Assembly: GCF_009914755.1 (NCBI RefSeq)
Contig: NC_060944.1
DNA length: 64,000 bases
Direction: 5' to 3' (one strand)
Source of the DNA: the human T2T-CHM13v2.0 reference genome, Homo sapiens
The notes below the pieces were generated by a model. That model saw only the letters and a list, made by a program, of their open reading frames with translations, made no database searches and was not told where the DNA came from. The position numbers and the translations under genes are program-made. Numbering within the stretch: the first letter of the stretch is position 1; every line of letters starts with the position of its first letter. This document shows, one piece after another, positions 12,715-26,984 of this stretch.

Positions 12715-13200
12715 CATGAGTCAGAGGGTGAGTCAGAATGTTCTGGAGAGCTTCAGAAGGGAGCAGCAGGAGGGGCTCATGGTGAGGAAGGGAGCCAGGT
12801 CCCTAGGGGAGAGGGAGGGAGAATGGTCAGGTTTCCCAGTCATAAAGCCAGGGAAACACGTCCTGTAAGGAATAGGGTCTGCTGCCTTGCCAATTTGGGT
12901 CCCGAAGGATAGCCTGTGCAGGGGAATGCAAAGTGAGGGGCATTAGGAGAAGGAGATGGCCTTTTGGGCTGCCAAGTAGGGAAGGATTCAGACAGGGGTG
13001 TATAAAGCCAGCTCTGTGAGACAGATCACCTGACCTCCGTGAAGGCTCAGTCTCAGACTGTCGCACTGCAGCAGCAGTGTTTCTTGAAGCCTGGGCTGCT
13101 GAGTGAGTGCATGGTTGTTGCTAACCCATGCTGAACTGGGGAAACTGAGGAAGAGGCCACACTGGTGTCCTATTTGGCCCAGGTTGGGACAGGTGAGATC
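12715..13200 (+). promoter_or_regulatory. Candidate Pol II promoter and first exon
   Basis: TGAGTCA at 12717 and 12729; CCAAT at 12890; GGGTG-TATAAAG with TATA at 13001; donors GA|GTGAGT (13103) and CAG|GTGAGA (13193). Motif evidence only. Confidence 0.4.
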
Positions 13201-13710
13201 AGTTCTGCATGGCAGGGATCTGTGGGATATACTGACTGTAGCCTAATTTAGGCACATGACCAGGGCTGGGGAACAGCTAAGCCACCTTGTGGGGCTGTCA
13301 GAGCTCAAGAGGGCTCGACAAACCATCAGATCCAGGCAGCAGTCTGGCAGAACTGGGTGGGAGGACAGGATGAGGACACCTTCAGGAGGAGCCAGGGATA
13401 ATCTGCATCAGGAGCCAGACCAACCAAAAAGGGAGGGGACTGAGGGTCTTGACAGATGCAGCCAGGCTTGTGAAGTGGCCCCTACAGTGTGGTGCTGGGT
13501 TTGATCACCTCCTGGCTGACCCACTCAAGCCTAAGGGCAGAAACTAGGCTGTCCCTAGTCAAGACTGATTCCAGGATGTGGGATAAAGGGGTCCCTGCAG
13601 AAAGAACCCAGGGGACCCAGGCATGGGTAGAGGAAACTGAGTGGGCAGAAATGGCCCCTCCAACCCATTCCCCATCTGCCAGCTCTGTGTGCACAGTGTT
13701 CACATCACCC

Positions 13711-14200
13711 TGTCTTAGTTTGGGTTCCCTGGAGAGCAGAGCCTGCGATAAGGCCTTTGGTACAGGTAGTTGATTTGGGAGATGACCCCAGGAAGTACTC
13801 CAATGAGTACTGAAATACTCCAATGAACATTTCCTTCGAGCATCATGTTTCTGCTTTAAAAGTTTCAGATTTTGGAGCATTTTGGATTTTGGATTTTCAG
13901 ATTTGGGATGCTCAGACTGTATATGGGAATATTACTGAGATCCTTACTGTAGGCAAAGGGGGCTTGGGTGTACCAGGATCTCTAGGAAGTGTACAGAAGG
14001 CCTCCCAGAATTTTCCACCTGAAAAACAGGAAGCTGGGACCTTTATCCACTAGTCTCCATGGCTTTATGGTTGAAGGCTGCCCCCAAGAGGGCTCACTTC
14101 CTGCCATCCCCTCCCCTGTAACTCTGGAGAAAGCTGTGGGGCAGGATGAGGAAAGATGTGGAGTGCACTGGAGGTGGGAGTCAGGCTGTGCTGCCCTCTC
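13711..14200 (-). mobile_element. Old ERVL LTR (LTR16/LTR33-like) interrupted by a Tigger fragment
   Basis: tgtcttagtttgggttccc...agcagagcctg...tttgggagatgaccccaggaag; resumes ggaagctggg...tttatccac...ggttgaaggctgc. Confidence 0.6.
13810..13921 (+). mobile_element. Tigger4/MER46 (Zombi) terminal fragment
   Basis: tccaatgaacatttccttcgagcatcatg...ttttggagcattttggattttggattttcagatttgggatgctcagactgta. Confidence 0.85.
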
Positions 14201-14214
14201 ACAGCTGTGCACCC

Positions 14215-15215
14215 CTCCCATGGCTTGAAATAAACTTCAGACTCCTTCCCATGGCTTACAAGTCAATTTAAGCCCTGGCCCCTGCCTGCTTTTCCAACCC
14301 CATCTCCCTCCTCCCTCCCCCTTGCTCATAATGTCATAGCTACAGGTACTGATGAACAGCCATACTGGTCCCCTTTCCATTCCCAGAAACTACCATGCTC
14401 CAGAGACTTTGCATGAAACTCTGCAACACATGGTTACAATGGTCAACTCCTTCTCAACCTCAGGTCTCAGAAAACTATCCCCCCCCTTAGTGAGATCTCC
14501 CCGATAAATGAATCTACCTGAGGTCAAATCCCCCTGTATTCTCTCCCATATCCCAGGAACGTGCTAGTAAATGTTAACAAATCGTTCTCAAAGAAAAACA
14601 AAAGCCCTCATTTGTTGTGTCTCCTAATTTTCATAATGTAAATATTCCCATCATGGTCAATATCAAGCTAGCAACATGTGGTCACTGAATATGGTTTTAG
14701 GCAAAGAAGTACAACAATGCACAAACTATTATATATTATTTTCATCGTATAGATACAATAGAAGTAAAATAATTGAGTCATGCATTTCATTTTTCATTTT
14801 GATTTTTATATAATTTATATGATTTATTATATTATATATTATTTATTTATTATATTATATATTATTTATTAAAATACATATTATTTATATAATTTAATGT
14901 TTATAATGGCTGTGTTTAACTACTAGCTCACAAAAACCCCTGAAAATTTAACAATTGGCTCTCATGAGCTAATATGAATCAGCGCCAATTCATATCACCA
15001 ACTTATATCACCTGTGTGCACTTCTTAAAATGTAATTATTTTTCATCCTTGCTTTACTCTTTTTATGAGAGCCTTCTAGAATGTGGGTTCCTTGAGGGTA
15101 GAAGCTATGACTCTTTTTTTCTCAGCTGTGTTCTTAGAAACCAGCACAATACCTAACCTACAATAGGAATCCAATAACTATTTGTTGAATGAAGGCATAA
15201 ATGCATGAATGCATG
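14215..15215 (+). mobile_element. L2 3' region split by MER63
   Basis: actccttcccatggcttacaag...; ends ataactatttgttgaatgaa. Confidence 0.7.
14552..14998 (+). mobile_element. MER63-like hAT-Blackjack element
   Basis: gtgctagtaaatgttaacaa...taaatattcccatcatggtcaatatcaagcta...aatttaacaattggctctcatgagc. Confidence 0.7.
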
Positions 15216-16004
15216 GGCAAATGAGGTCAATAGGGTTGGGCATGCCTCCTGTGGACTGAAGAGGGAACACTCATCTTGAGTGACCCATGTTGAATGCCAC
15301 AAGTCTTGTTGGGGTGCTTATGACAGGGGTGGGAGCAGAACAGGCCCAGAGGTTCCAGGCTGGAGAAGCCAGAAAGTGGTAAGGGATATGAATCTGGAAT
15401 CATTGCTGAAGGCTCTTGGGCTCCCAGGGGTAGCCCCTGTTAGGGCTTTATCCCCTCCCTACAGCACAGTTGGCCCCCTGGCAGGTGGGGCTCTCAGACA
15501 CATCCAGAGCCAGCAGAGTTCTCTATCCCAGCCCTCCACATGAGGCTTTGCATGGAGGGCTGAGCAGGCCACCTAGGTTCAAAGGTTTGCCCAATCTGCT
15601 CTGGTATATCTGGGATCCCAACAATTCCTGACACCCAGGCCAGCTGCACTCCCTACGTAGGGGTGGCCAAGGACCTGGAGAAAAGCAAGCTCAGCAAGCC
15701 TGTACTCATCAGCTCTCCAACGTGTGTCCGACCTTCTGCCAGCCCCTCCAGCCTGGAAGCCTGCTGTCCTAACAGGAGACACCTGACTTCACCTGTCTGC
15801 AGCACCCAGCACAAAGCCTGAGCAAGGCAGATGCAGGGAATGCTTGCAGCATGAACGAGCCAATGAGTAAGGCAGCTTCCCAGCAGAGCACATGTGAATC
15901 AGCAGTATTTCCCACTCAGGCCAGTCTCAGGCCTGGCACTGGGAAAGAGCACAGAGGTACCAGGCCAGCTGTACCCTTGACTGCAATCCAGGGTAGTGGC
16001 CAAG

Positions 16005-16330
16005 AACCCAGCCCTAGAGTCAGCCAGACTGGGGCCACATCCCAGCTTTGCTACCTGGGCCTTCATTTCATCATCTGTAAAATGGGGACAAATCATCATA
16101 GCACCTACCTCAACAGGTGACTGGAAGAATCAAATGAAATTGTGTAAGTAAGAGGCTTGCAAATTTCCTGGAACAGCAAAAGAGCACAATAGATTTAGCC
16201 TTTAATTTGTGAATACTTATATAGCAAACTTGTTGTGCCAGGAACTTTGTGCCTTAAGCCCCTTAGGAGTATTAACTCATTTAATATCATGCTTGTATTG
16301 AGGTCTTAATGCTACACTATACTGCCTCTC
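16005..16330. mobile_element. Two adjacent MIR relics (plus, then minus)
   Basis: ttcatcatctgtaaaatgggga...acctacctca; then tgtgccaggaact...attaactcatttaat. Confidence 0.7.
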
Positions 16331-17062
16331 ATTGTTTTTTTTTCTTTTCATTTGTTTCATTGATTTTATTTGGATTGGTTTGAGTTGGGTTGGATTTTTG
16401 CTGTTATTATTATTATTACAAAATAAGTTTCTTCCTCTCGTTTAATCTCAATATTCTTTTCCGTAAAATGGGGCATTGGGTTAAGTGACTTCTCATCCAA
16501 TGTTTTCATTGCTATCAATCTCCTGTTTCCTGCCTCTTGGTTCACACCAGCTATCCAGACCTTTCTACATCTCCATCTGCAGACTGGATCCTACTGCAGG
16601 GACCTGACCCGGGAGACTGGGCTTAGGAGCCAAGCCCCAACTTCCAGCCCTTCACAGCTTGTGTTACCAGGAGAACATGGAAATGGTGGACATCTTGCTC
16701 AACTGGGAGGCTATGGAGACAAATGGTCACTCATCCCCAACTAGGGTATATGGTGCCAATTCTGGTCTCACTTTCCCATTGGAGAAAGTCCTGAAGGATC
16801 GGCATTTTAAGATTAAAATCCCAGAACTGCCAAGTTCATTCATTCTTCAGTCCATAAGTATTCAGAGCACCCACTGTGTGCTGAGGGCTGGGCAATGCTT
16901 TGGGAACAAGGGAGGGAATGAGACAGGAAGATGGCTGCTCCATCAAGTTTAGTACAGTGGGGGAAACAGAAAATAAACAAGTCAACATAAAAGTAAACTC
17001 TAACTCCTTTCAGAAAGCATCAGAAGCTACGAAGAGTGTAAAGCAGGCTAAGAAAATGGATT

Positions 17063-17855
<793 letters not shown>

Positions 17856-18146
17856 GACAGAGTGGCTAGGAGGATGGTCAGGGAGGGATCTTGCTATGGA
17901 AGTGATTTAGGAGCTGAGACCCAAATGGGGAGCAGGTAGAGAGCTCAGACTGTTAAATGAGCAGGCCTGGGTGGCTGGAGTTTAGGAATCAAGGTGTGTG
18001 TGACTACAGAGACCATGTAAGTCATATAAGGACTGGTAAGCCATATAAGGAGCTTGGATTTCTTCTAGGTGCAATGAGGAGCCAATGGAGAATTTTTAGA
18101 AGGAAAATATCAGCCTTTTTACATTGCATTTTATTTGCCTGTACAC

Positions 18147-18288
18147 AAGACTTATTGCATAATTTGTGGGGCCCAGTGCAAAATAAAAATGAAGGGCCCT
18201 TATTTAAAAATTATTAAGACTTTGAAGATGTCATGGGGCCCTCCCAAGCATAGCCATGCCAACATGGCTGCCCATGGAGCCAGCCCTG
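18147..18288 (-). mobile_element. MER45A (hAT-Tip100)
   Basis: cataatttgtggggcccagtgcaaaataaaaat...aaaaattattaaga...ggagccagccctg. Confidence 0.8.
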
Positions 18289-18554
18289 CCCATACAAAAT
18301 ATGTTGGCATTAATAAAGCTTTATTTAAATTAGCAAATATGTATTGATGACCTAAAATAAGCCAGACACCGTGCCAGGCACTGGGGGTATGAAAAAGTGA
18401 ATGATCAAATGAAGAAAGCCATTTTGACCTTAATTTTTCTTTTGATTCACTCCACACACAAAATGCCAGCGGACTAACCCGCCTTCACATGTTTAATGGT
18501 GATCAGACCCATAAAGGTTCAGGCCATCCTTTGAATGGATTTGACTTGATTCCT

Positions 18555-19065
18555 TAGTAATAATGGGAACCATTATTGCACATCCACTGTGTGTCTGGCA
18601 TACATGATTTCACATAATCTCCCCACCACCAGCCCTCAACAAGAACCATGCAAGGAAAGCACAAGGTGAGAAATCAAGCTCAAAGAAGAGAATTAACTTT
18701 TCCATGTTCATTCTGCTTACTGGTAATTATTGGAGTGGGGATTTGAACCCAGATCTCGTTGAATCCAGAGTCCTCCCTCTCTAGGTGCACAATCCTGCCT
18801 CCTGTACACTGTGTATTCAAATGGCTGCTCAAACTAAGGATTTAGATACAACCTTCAATAATCTTGAGAGTAATTAATGTCTGTGGAATATTTACTATGT
18901 TCCAAGCCCTACACTAAACTCTCTGTGTAGATCTTCTCATTTATTCCTATAAACAATCCCCTTGTGCATATAGCACTATCTCCATACTTTTCTAGTGGGA
19001 AGACCAAGACTAAGAAAGGTTAAGTAACTTGTCTGATTCCTCCCAGATAATAAGCAATGGAGCTG
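18555..19065 (-). mobile_element. Two MIR relics
   Basis: ggatttgaacccagatct; tttactatgttccaagccct...ctaagaaaggttaagtaacttg. Confidence 0.7.
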
Positions 19066-20850
19066 GGAGAGAAGCCGAGCTGGGAGAGAAGCGAAGCTGG
19101 GCAGCCCAAGGGTCTGAGTCCTTGCTTCTATTCCCTGCTACTTCTTTTCCTCTGCAAAAGCTATGCAGATCTTGTTTCTGTGGCCAGTTGGTCACTTTCC
19201 TATTGGAAAGGCCAGAGCTCAGAAGTCCAAAGAGCCTGGCCCAGGGAGAAGGTGTGGGGGTATGACCTGGTGTCAACATCAGGGCTGAAAATTGCTTCAT
19301 GCCCTGCTCAAGAGGAACAGGAAGGTCTGACTTCTCCCCTAACCATGGGAAAGAGTTACTTTTCTAAAAAAAGCAGGGCCAGAAACATGAGTGTGAAATG
19401 TCAGGGCCCTTTCTACCTCAGCGTTTCCTTTTGTCTTGGCCTTTTCACCAATGGAAAGAGCTATCTTGAAAGAGGAAGATGTGCTCACTCTTGGTTTTCT
19501 AACCAAGGATCTGAGAGACTTCCCTAAAGAAAAGCGCCAGGCAGGAAGGTTCTGGGGCTGGGCATGCCTGGGAAGGCTGGGCCCCTACTCTGCACTGCAA
19601 CCTCACAGGGACTATCAAGTCAGGACTCTTCGGCCTTACTCTGGTATTGCCCAGAAGAAATTATTAGAGAAAGGCAGGCATCTGTGGATGCCTCCTGGTA
19701 CAGCCCATTGCCCTCAAGACACAGAAAATCCAAGCGCCAGGGGAAATGGCAGCACAGGTCCAGAAGCCTCTGTCAGTCCCAGCTGTGCTCTGGTGTAGTG
19801 GACTCTGGTGTCAGGCCAAGGCTGCATTTCGACAAACTCAGTAGGAATTCCACAATGCTACTCAATTATTGTGAGACCCATGCAAGTCCACAAATGACTT
19901 TGGTTCTCCTGATCCTTATTTTTCTGAATTAAGTGATGTAACTTGTATTAAGAAACATACAAATAGGGAAATCTAATTCTTGGTCTCAGTGAAGTTGCAG
20001 AAGAGCAGCTGAGGGAAGTTGTGAGGACTAAGCTCAAGGGTGCAGAATTATTATTACCTGATAACATAGCATCCAGCTGAATTGCTGAATCTTGGGGTCT
20101 AAGTTTTGTAAAAGAAGAACTACATGCCCTTTCATACCAGAAGTCCCCCATTCTCATATTCTTAGCATTGATTTGTCTTACATCTCTATTTCAAGTCTCT
20201 AGATCTCTAAGAGTGTCTATCTATTGCTTGTACTTCATTGCTTTTACTATGAAGTCTTCAAAATTTTTAGGTTCCAAATTTCTCCCTTCAAAACCTCGTA
20301 GCGGCTTCTCCATCTAGAAGAACAAAAGAAAAGTCTGTAGATAGCCAATTTTTTATATTCTTTTTAAGGAGCATTTTTTCTTCCTTGATGCTTCTAATAT
20401 AAAAATAAATTATCTTCATAATTGAAATATTTTTGCCAGAATGTTTCAGGTGAGAATTCCTTTGAATTTATTTTTACTTGGAATGTTGTGAATCTTTTCA
20501 TTTTGCATGCTCAATGAAGTTTTATTTAAGTATTAAAAAAAACTATCACTTATTAAGCATTCAGAGTCTTATGTGAGGCACTTTTATAGATTAACTCATG
20601 TAAATCTTAAAAACTCCTTATCAAAAAGTGATTAATAAGTATCATGACTAAAAGTAATGGATGTCTGAGTTTCCATCCAGGAAAGGTCTGGTAGGAGCCT
20701 TTCCAACCAGGTCACCTGGGGCATGTTACCCAAGCACTCTGAGCCTCAGTGTTCTAATCTGTATGATGAGGGTAGTAATGATACCTACCTCATTGGGCGG
20801 CCCTAAAGACTAAATGAGGTTACACAAGTAAAACATTTAAACAAATGTTT

Positions 20851-23120
20851 AATAATAATAAACAAATTCCCCCATAATAAACAAATTCCCCAAAGGTGCA
20901 GTATACAAAATCAACACACAAAAATCAGTTGCATTACTATACACTAATGATGAAATATCCAAAAAGAAATTAAGAAAACAATTCCATTTATATTTACAAT
21001 GATATCAAAAAGGATAAAATGGATCAAGTGCAGTGGCTCACACCTGTAGTCCCAGCACTTTGGGAGGCCAAGGCGGGAGGATCACTTGAGGTCAGCAGTT
21101 CAAGATCAGCCTGGCCAACATGGCAAAACCCTGTCTCCACTAAAAATACAAAAATTAGCTGGGCATGGTGGTGTACACCTGTTAGTCCCAGCTACTTGGT
21201 AGACACCAGAATCACTTGAACCCAGGAGGCAGAGGTTGCAGTGAGCTGAGATCATGCCATTGTACTCCAGCCTGGGCAACAGAGCAAGACTGTGTCTCAA
21301 AAAAACAAAATGGATAAAATACTTAGGAATAAACTTAACCAAAGAAGCAAAAGATTTGTATACTGAAAACCCCAAAACATTGCTGAAAGAAATTAAAGAA
21401 GATGCAAATAAATGGATAGACATCTCTTGCTCATGGATTAGAAGACTTAATATTGTCCAAATGTCAATACTACTCAAAGCAATCTACAGATTCAATGAAA
21501 TCGCTATCAAAATCCTAATGGCATTTTTTTGGCAGAAATGAAAAAACTCATCTTAAAATTCATAGGGAATCTCAAGGGACCCTGAACAGTCAAAACAACC
21601 TTATAACAGAAAAACAAAGTTGGAGGTCTGATTTCAAAACATATTACAAAGCTACAGTAATCAAAACAGTGTTGTACTGACATAAAGACAAGACACATAG
21701 ACAAATGGAATAAAATAAAGAGCCAGAAATAAATCCTCTCATGTGGGTCAAGTGATCTTCAACAAGCGTGCCAAGAGCATTCAGTGAGGAAAGAGCAATC
21801 TCTTCAGTAAATGGTGCTGGGGAATCTGGATATTCAAATGCAAAAGAATGAAGTTGTACCGTTACCTTATACCATATATAAAAATTAACTCAAAATAAAG
21901 ACCTAAACATAGGCTCTGAAACTCTAAAACTCTCAGAAGAAAACAGGGAGAAAAGCTTCATGACATTGAGTTTGGCAAGGATTCCCAAGATACAACTGAA
22001 ACTCAATATGTTTGAAACTCTAAACTCTAAAACTCGTAGATGAAAACAGGGAGAAAAGTTCATGACATTGGGATTGGCAAGGATTCCCAGGATATGACAC
22101 CAAAAGCACAGGCAACAAAAGCAAAAATAAATGAATGGGACTATATCAAATTTCAAAACTTTTGTGCATCAAAAGACACAATCGACAGAGTGAAAAGGCA
22201 ACCCACAGAATGGGAGGAAATACTTGCAAATCATATATCTGTTATGGGGTTTATATCCAGAATATATACAGAACTCCTACAACTCAACAAAAAACAAAGC
22301 AAAACAAGAAACCTGATTTAAAATGGGCAAAAAATTTAATTTAACGTTTCTCCAAAGAAAAAGCATATAAAAAGATGCTCAACATCACTAATTATTAGGG
22401 AAATGCAAATAAAAATTGCAATGAGATATCACCTTACACCCACTAAGATGGCTAAACTTTTTTTTAAAAAAGCAGAAATTAATGAATGTTGGTAAGGATG
22501 TGGAGATATTAGAACACTTGTGCACTATTGGTGGGAATACAAAATAGTATAACTGCTATGGAAAACAGTATGATGATTCCTAAAAAAAAATAAAATTAAA
22601 ATTATCATATAATCCAGCAATCCTACTTCTGGGTATATATCCCAAACAATTGAAAGCAAGAGCTCAAAGCAGCATTATTCCCAATAGCCAAGAAGCATAA
22701 GCAACCCAAATGTCCATCAACAGAAGAATGGATACACATACAATGAAATACTGTTCATCCTTAAAAAAGGAAATCCTGACACATGCTACCCTATGGATGA
22801 ACCTTGAGACATTATGCTAAATGAAATAAGCCAGTCATAATAAAACAACTACTATATGATTCTATTTATATGAGGTATCTAAAGTAGTCAAATTCATGGA
22901 GACAAAAATTAGAATGGTGGTTGCCAGGGGCTGAGGGAAGGGGAAAATGGAGAGTTTCTCAATGTGTATAGAGTTTCAGTTTAGTAAAATAAAAAAGTTC
23001 TGGAGGTCCATTACACAACAATGTAAATGTGTTTAAAAATACTGAAATATACACTTAAAACTGGTTAAGATGGTAAATTTTATGTTATAGGTTTTTTAAC
23101 CACAATCAAAAATAACAATA
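20851..23120 (+). mobile_element. L1MB-like element (ORF2 3' half and 3'UTR) inserted in a MIR
   Basis: [49 protein letters not shown]; 3' end ggttaagatggtaaattttatgtt...accacaat; MIR tail resumes near 23300. Confidence 0.9.
21021..21306 (+). mobile_element. AluS (Sx/Sz-like) inside L1MB
   Basis: Dimeric Alu; TSD aaaaaggataaaat / aaaatggataaaat. Confidence 0.92.
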
Positions 23121-23298
23121 AGGTAGGTCATGATGGTTCATGCCTGTAATCCCAGAGCTTTGGGAGGCTGAGGTCAGAGGATTGCTTGAGGCCAGGAGTT
23201 TGAGGCTGTAGTGAGTGACAATCGCACCACAGCACTTCAGCCTGGGCAGCAGAACGAGATCTTGTCTTTAAAAATAATTTTTAAAATAAAAATAAAAC
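23121..23298 (+). mobile_element. Alu monomer (FRAM-like) in the L1 tail
   Basis: gcctgtaatcccag...ttgaggccaggagtttgaggctgtagtgag...cagcctgggc; single arm plus A-rich tail. Confidence 0.8.
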
Positions 23299-23895
23299 AC
23301 TGCACCTGGCATATAATAGAGATTCTATAAAGGCTGACTTTTATACAAATCTCTTTTCCTAATTAAGGAAACAGGAGTTTTAAGAGGCTGAGTAACATGC
23401 CCCAAATCATACAGCTAGTAAGTAAGTGGTGATGTGGGAATTTCAACTCAGTCCAACCCAAAGTCCATGCATGACCTTAACCATCAGAGCACAACGTTTC
23501 ATGCCTCGCATCTGTTTGCCATACAGGAGGCTGCGAATGCAGAGAACTTCCTCTTCTATCAGTCATCTAGCACAGGGAACAGAATCGAGGCTGAAGGACA
23601 GCTTCAAGCCCCTTCTCCATCCAAGCTTTGAGATCAATAGGCTTTAGCCCCTCTGAACCAACCATGCTTAAAGTTTCAGAAGCCACAGCAGCTGGCAGGC
23701 TGATCCACACACACAGATTTCTTACTAACATCATGTTCTTCATAGTTACTGCTGCTGAGGAAATAAGCCCACTCCCTCTGATAGACAGAAATCAGACAAT
23801 ATAATGATGAAAAGCTACCCTCAGTCTCCAGCTCAACACTGTTTCAAGCAGCAACAATAGGCAAAACAAAAGTGTGAAATTAAATCTACTTGCTA

Positions 23896-24309
<414 letters not shown>

Positions 24310-26091
24310 TCAGCCACACAGGCAGACTGTCTCAGAGAAGGCTTCCTGGAGGAGTTAACATGGGCACTGGGTCTTGAAGGATAAATAGGGGTTGGCCATG
24401 TTAAAAAATAAATTAATTTAAAAAAGAGAGGGCGAGAGATATGCACCAACAGAGACCAACAGACAGAGAAATCTAAAGGGACACGGCTGAGGAATAGCCC
24501 ATCATTTACATCATTACCTATTCATTCATTCATTCATTCATTTGTTCATTCAAAAAAGTCAGTGAATGCCAAATACATGCTGACCCTGTGCTAGCTTACT
24601 AAGAAAGCAAAGCTGATTCTAACTTCCAGTAGCTCCCTGGGTACTTGTGGGACAGTATGGGAGGTGTGACAAGGGTGTTTCCAGTGGATGGGGGTGAGGA
24701 GAAGGGATTCTATCTGCATTGCAGATGGAAAAAGAGGGTGGGTTTTGAGTTCCATTTTGGGGGATAGAAGATTTAAGATTCTGTGACTGATTATATTCCA
24801 GGGATGGGGGAAAGAGAAATCTGGGAAACTGTCAGATCTCCAGCATAGGAAATCAAGAGAGGGGAATGAATGAGAGTAAATATGTTTGGAAAGTTAAAAA
24901 CTAGCTCAACTTTAAAATCAACTTTCTAAGTTTGTGGGCCTAGAAAGCCTTCAGACTACAAAGGCCATGAGGGCAAGAATAAGAATTGCAGCACCTTGAA
25001 GGGCACACATCCCTGCCTGGAGGACCTAACACCATTATGGGGGTACACATAGGTGCTAAGGAATACTTGATGAGCTGACTTCCTACCACACTGTGCTTCA
25101 GCCCAGTCTTACTCAGCAACTGCTCTGCAAGACATCCAGATCATGGAAAGCCAGGTGAGCAAACCCGCCTTTGTCCACACCCCACCAGAGCTCCACACTG
25201 TAGGTACCAGAAGCTTCCTGGGCATCCAGGAATGACACAAAACTGTTTCTCTTTTCAAAAACTGAAATGCTCCCAAGATTGAACGTGCGGAACGCTTGTG
25301 CAGCTATAATCTCAGCAAACATCTGCCACCTTTGTGTGGCAAATGCAGTCTCTTTAGAATACTGCCTTTGATTTTGGGGAAAGACAAATCAGGCTGCACG
25401 TTTTGTTCTGAATGCGTCTCATCACAGGAGGAAATTTTCAGCAGCTTGGAATTCTGAATGTATGAAAAATGATTTTTTTTAAACAAAGAGTTCACGATAA
25501 AGCATCAACAAGGTTCCTAAAAGAGATGAAACCAGTTCTCTATTCCCATCCCTTTCCCCTCCCACGTCTCGTCTTTTTCTGGATTCTCCAAGGTCTTTCT
25601 CTGGAGCTGAGTCTCACTTATATTGCCATTTGCAGATCTGGGGTGGCAGCTCTTCTGGCCTCAGAGGGTTAGGTCAAGACTGCCAGTGGCCCAAGTCATC
25701 TCTACAAAGTGTGAGCTACAGAATAAGCCAGAGTCTCTTCTCTCTTGGTGTCAGACCTCACTGGTGTTTGTAAATCATCAAAATGGAAAAGCATTTGTGC
25801 TGCTGGGGAATGGACCTGAGATGCAGCCCCTCACTTCACAGCCCAGTAATAAAGAGTTGGTGTAACCACCCTGGAAGCAGCAGGTGGGGAGGAACAGCAT
25901 TAGGCTGACCTGGGTTCAACTCCTCTCTTCTCTGCCGTCTAGCTCAGTGATCCTGGGTGGGCACCTTGAACCTGCTGGATCTCAGGTTTACCATCTGTAA
26001 AACAGGCCAGATTAAAGCCTGCCTTGTCATCAGAAGCCCATAGGTGAATGTGGGCACATCTGACTTGCAAACAACAAAGTGAAGTGCAGAT

Positions 26092-26192
26092 GTAGAGTAA
26101 TCAACTGTCCAGGCTCACCTGGGACTGAAGAGTTTCCCAGGATGTGGGACTTTCAGGAGAGTTCCAGACAAACCAGGAGTGTGGATCACCCT
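26092..26192 (+). mobile_element. MER94
   Basis: caactgtccagg...cctgggactgaagagtttcccaggatgtgggactttcag...gatcacccta. Confidence 0.75.
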
Positions 26193-26439
26193 ATGTCACC
26201 CAAAGCTAGCAAAACCCCATCATGACAGGGATAAGAACTAAGGTCGTCAAAGGGGTATAATGCATTTTCTGGAAAAATGCACACTGACTGATTCACTAAA
26301 CAAAATATCCTGAGAATTTTATGAGAGGGTTAAGCAAGAGGCTTTCTTATTCTAATTTAGTCCTCCATTCACACTGGAGAGTTCAGTAAAGCTTTACATC
26401 TATTTCATAAATACCGGCATCACTTCACTTTTGCTAACA

Positions 26440-26906
26440 GGGCACCCAAAAGCATAATGGCTTAAAACAACAGTCATTTATGTACCTCACAAGTCAGTGG
26501 ATCAGCAATTGGGCTGGGCTCAACGAGGGACTTCTCATCTGGACTCACTCATGTATCTTTGGTCACCAGCTTGTGCATCTAGGGCTGGCTGGACTAGGAG
26601 GGCCTCAGCTGGAAAGGCATGTTTTGGCTCCATATGGTCTCTCATCATGCAGTAGCCTTGTTCACGTGACAGCTAGGCAGCGTTCCAAAAGAGTCACAGC
26701 CCACAAGGCCTCTTGAGGCCTCACCTCAGCATTGGCATAGCATCACTTCCACCAAATTCTGTTGTCCAAAGTGGATCATAGAGCCAGCCCAGATTCAAGG
26801 CGTGGGGAAACAGACTCCAACTTTTGATGGCAGGAGCTGCAGAGATATATTTCAGAGGGGCGAAGATATAGGAGGTGAGGGGGAGAACTCCAATAATTTT
26901 TGCAAT
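26440..26906 (-). mobile_element. MaLR LTR (MLT1G/H-like)
   Basis: tggcttaaaacaac...gggctgggctca...catcacttccaccaaattctgttgtccaaag...gccagcccagattcaagg. Confidence 0.8.
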
Positions 26907-26984
26907 TGACAGTATCTTCCTTTTTATTTTATAAAACATAGAAACAAGGTACTTCAGTAGCTATAACAATCTATTGCTATATCA

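Noticed and set aside
12277-12912. His/Thr- and Cys/Val-rich ORFs
   Set aside because: Artefacts of the degenerate CA repeat
19057-19932. Overlapping 120-156 aa ORFs
   Set aside because: No recognisable domain or exon structure; non-ATG or weak starts; consistent with chance in GC-richer DNA
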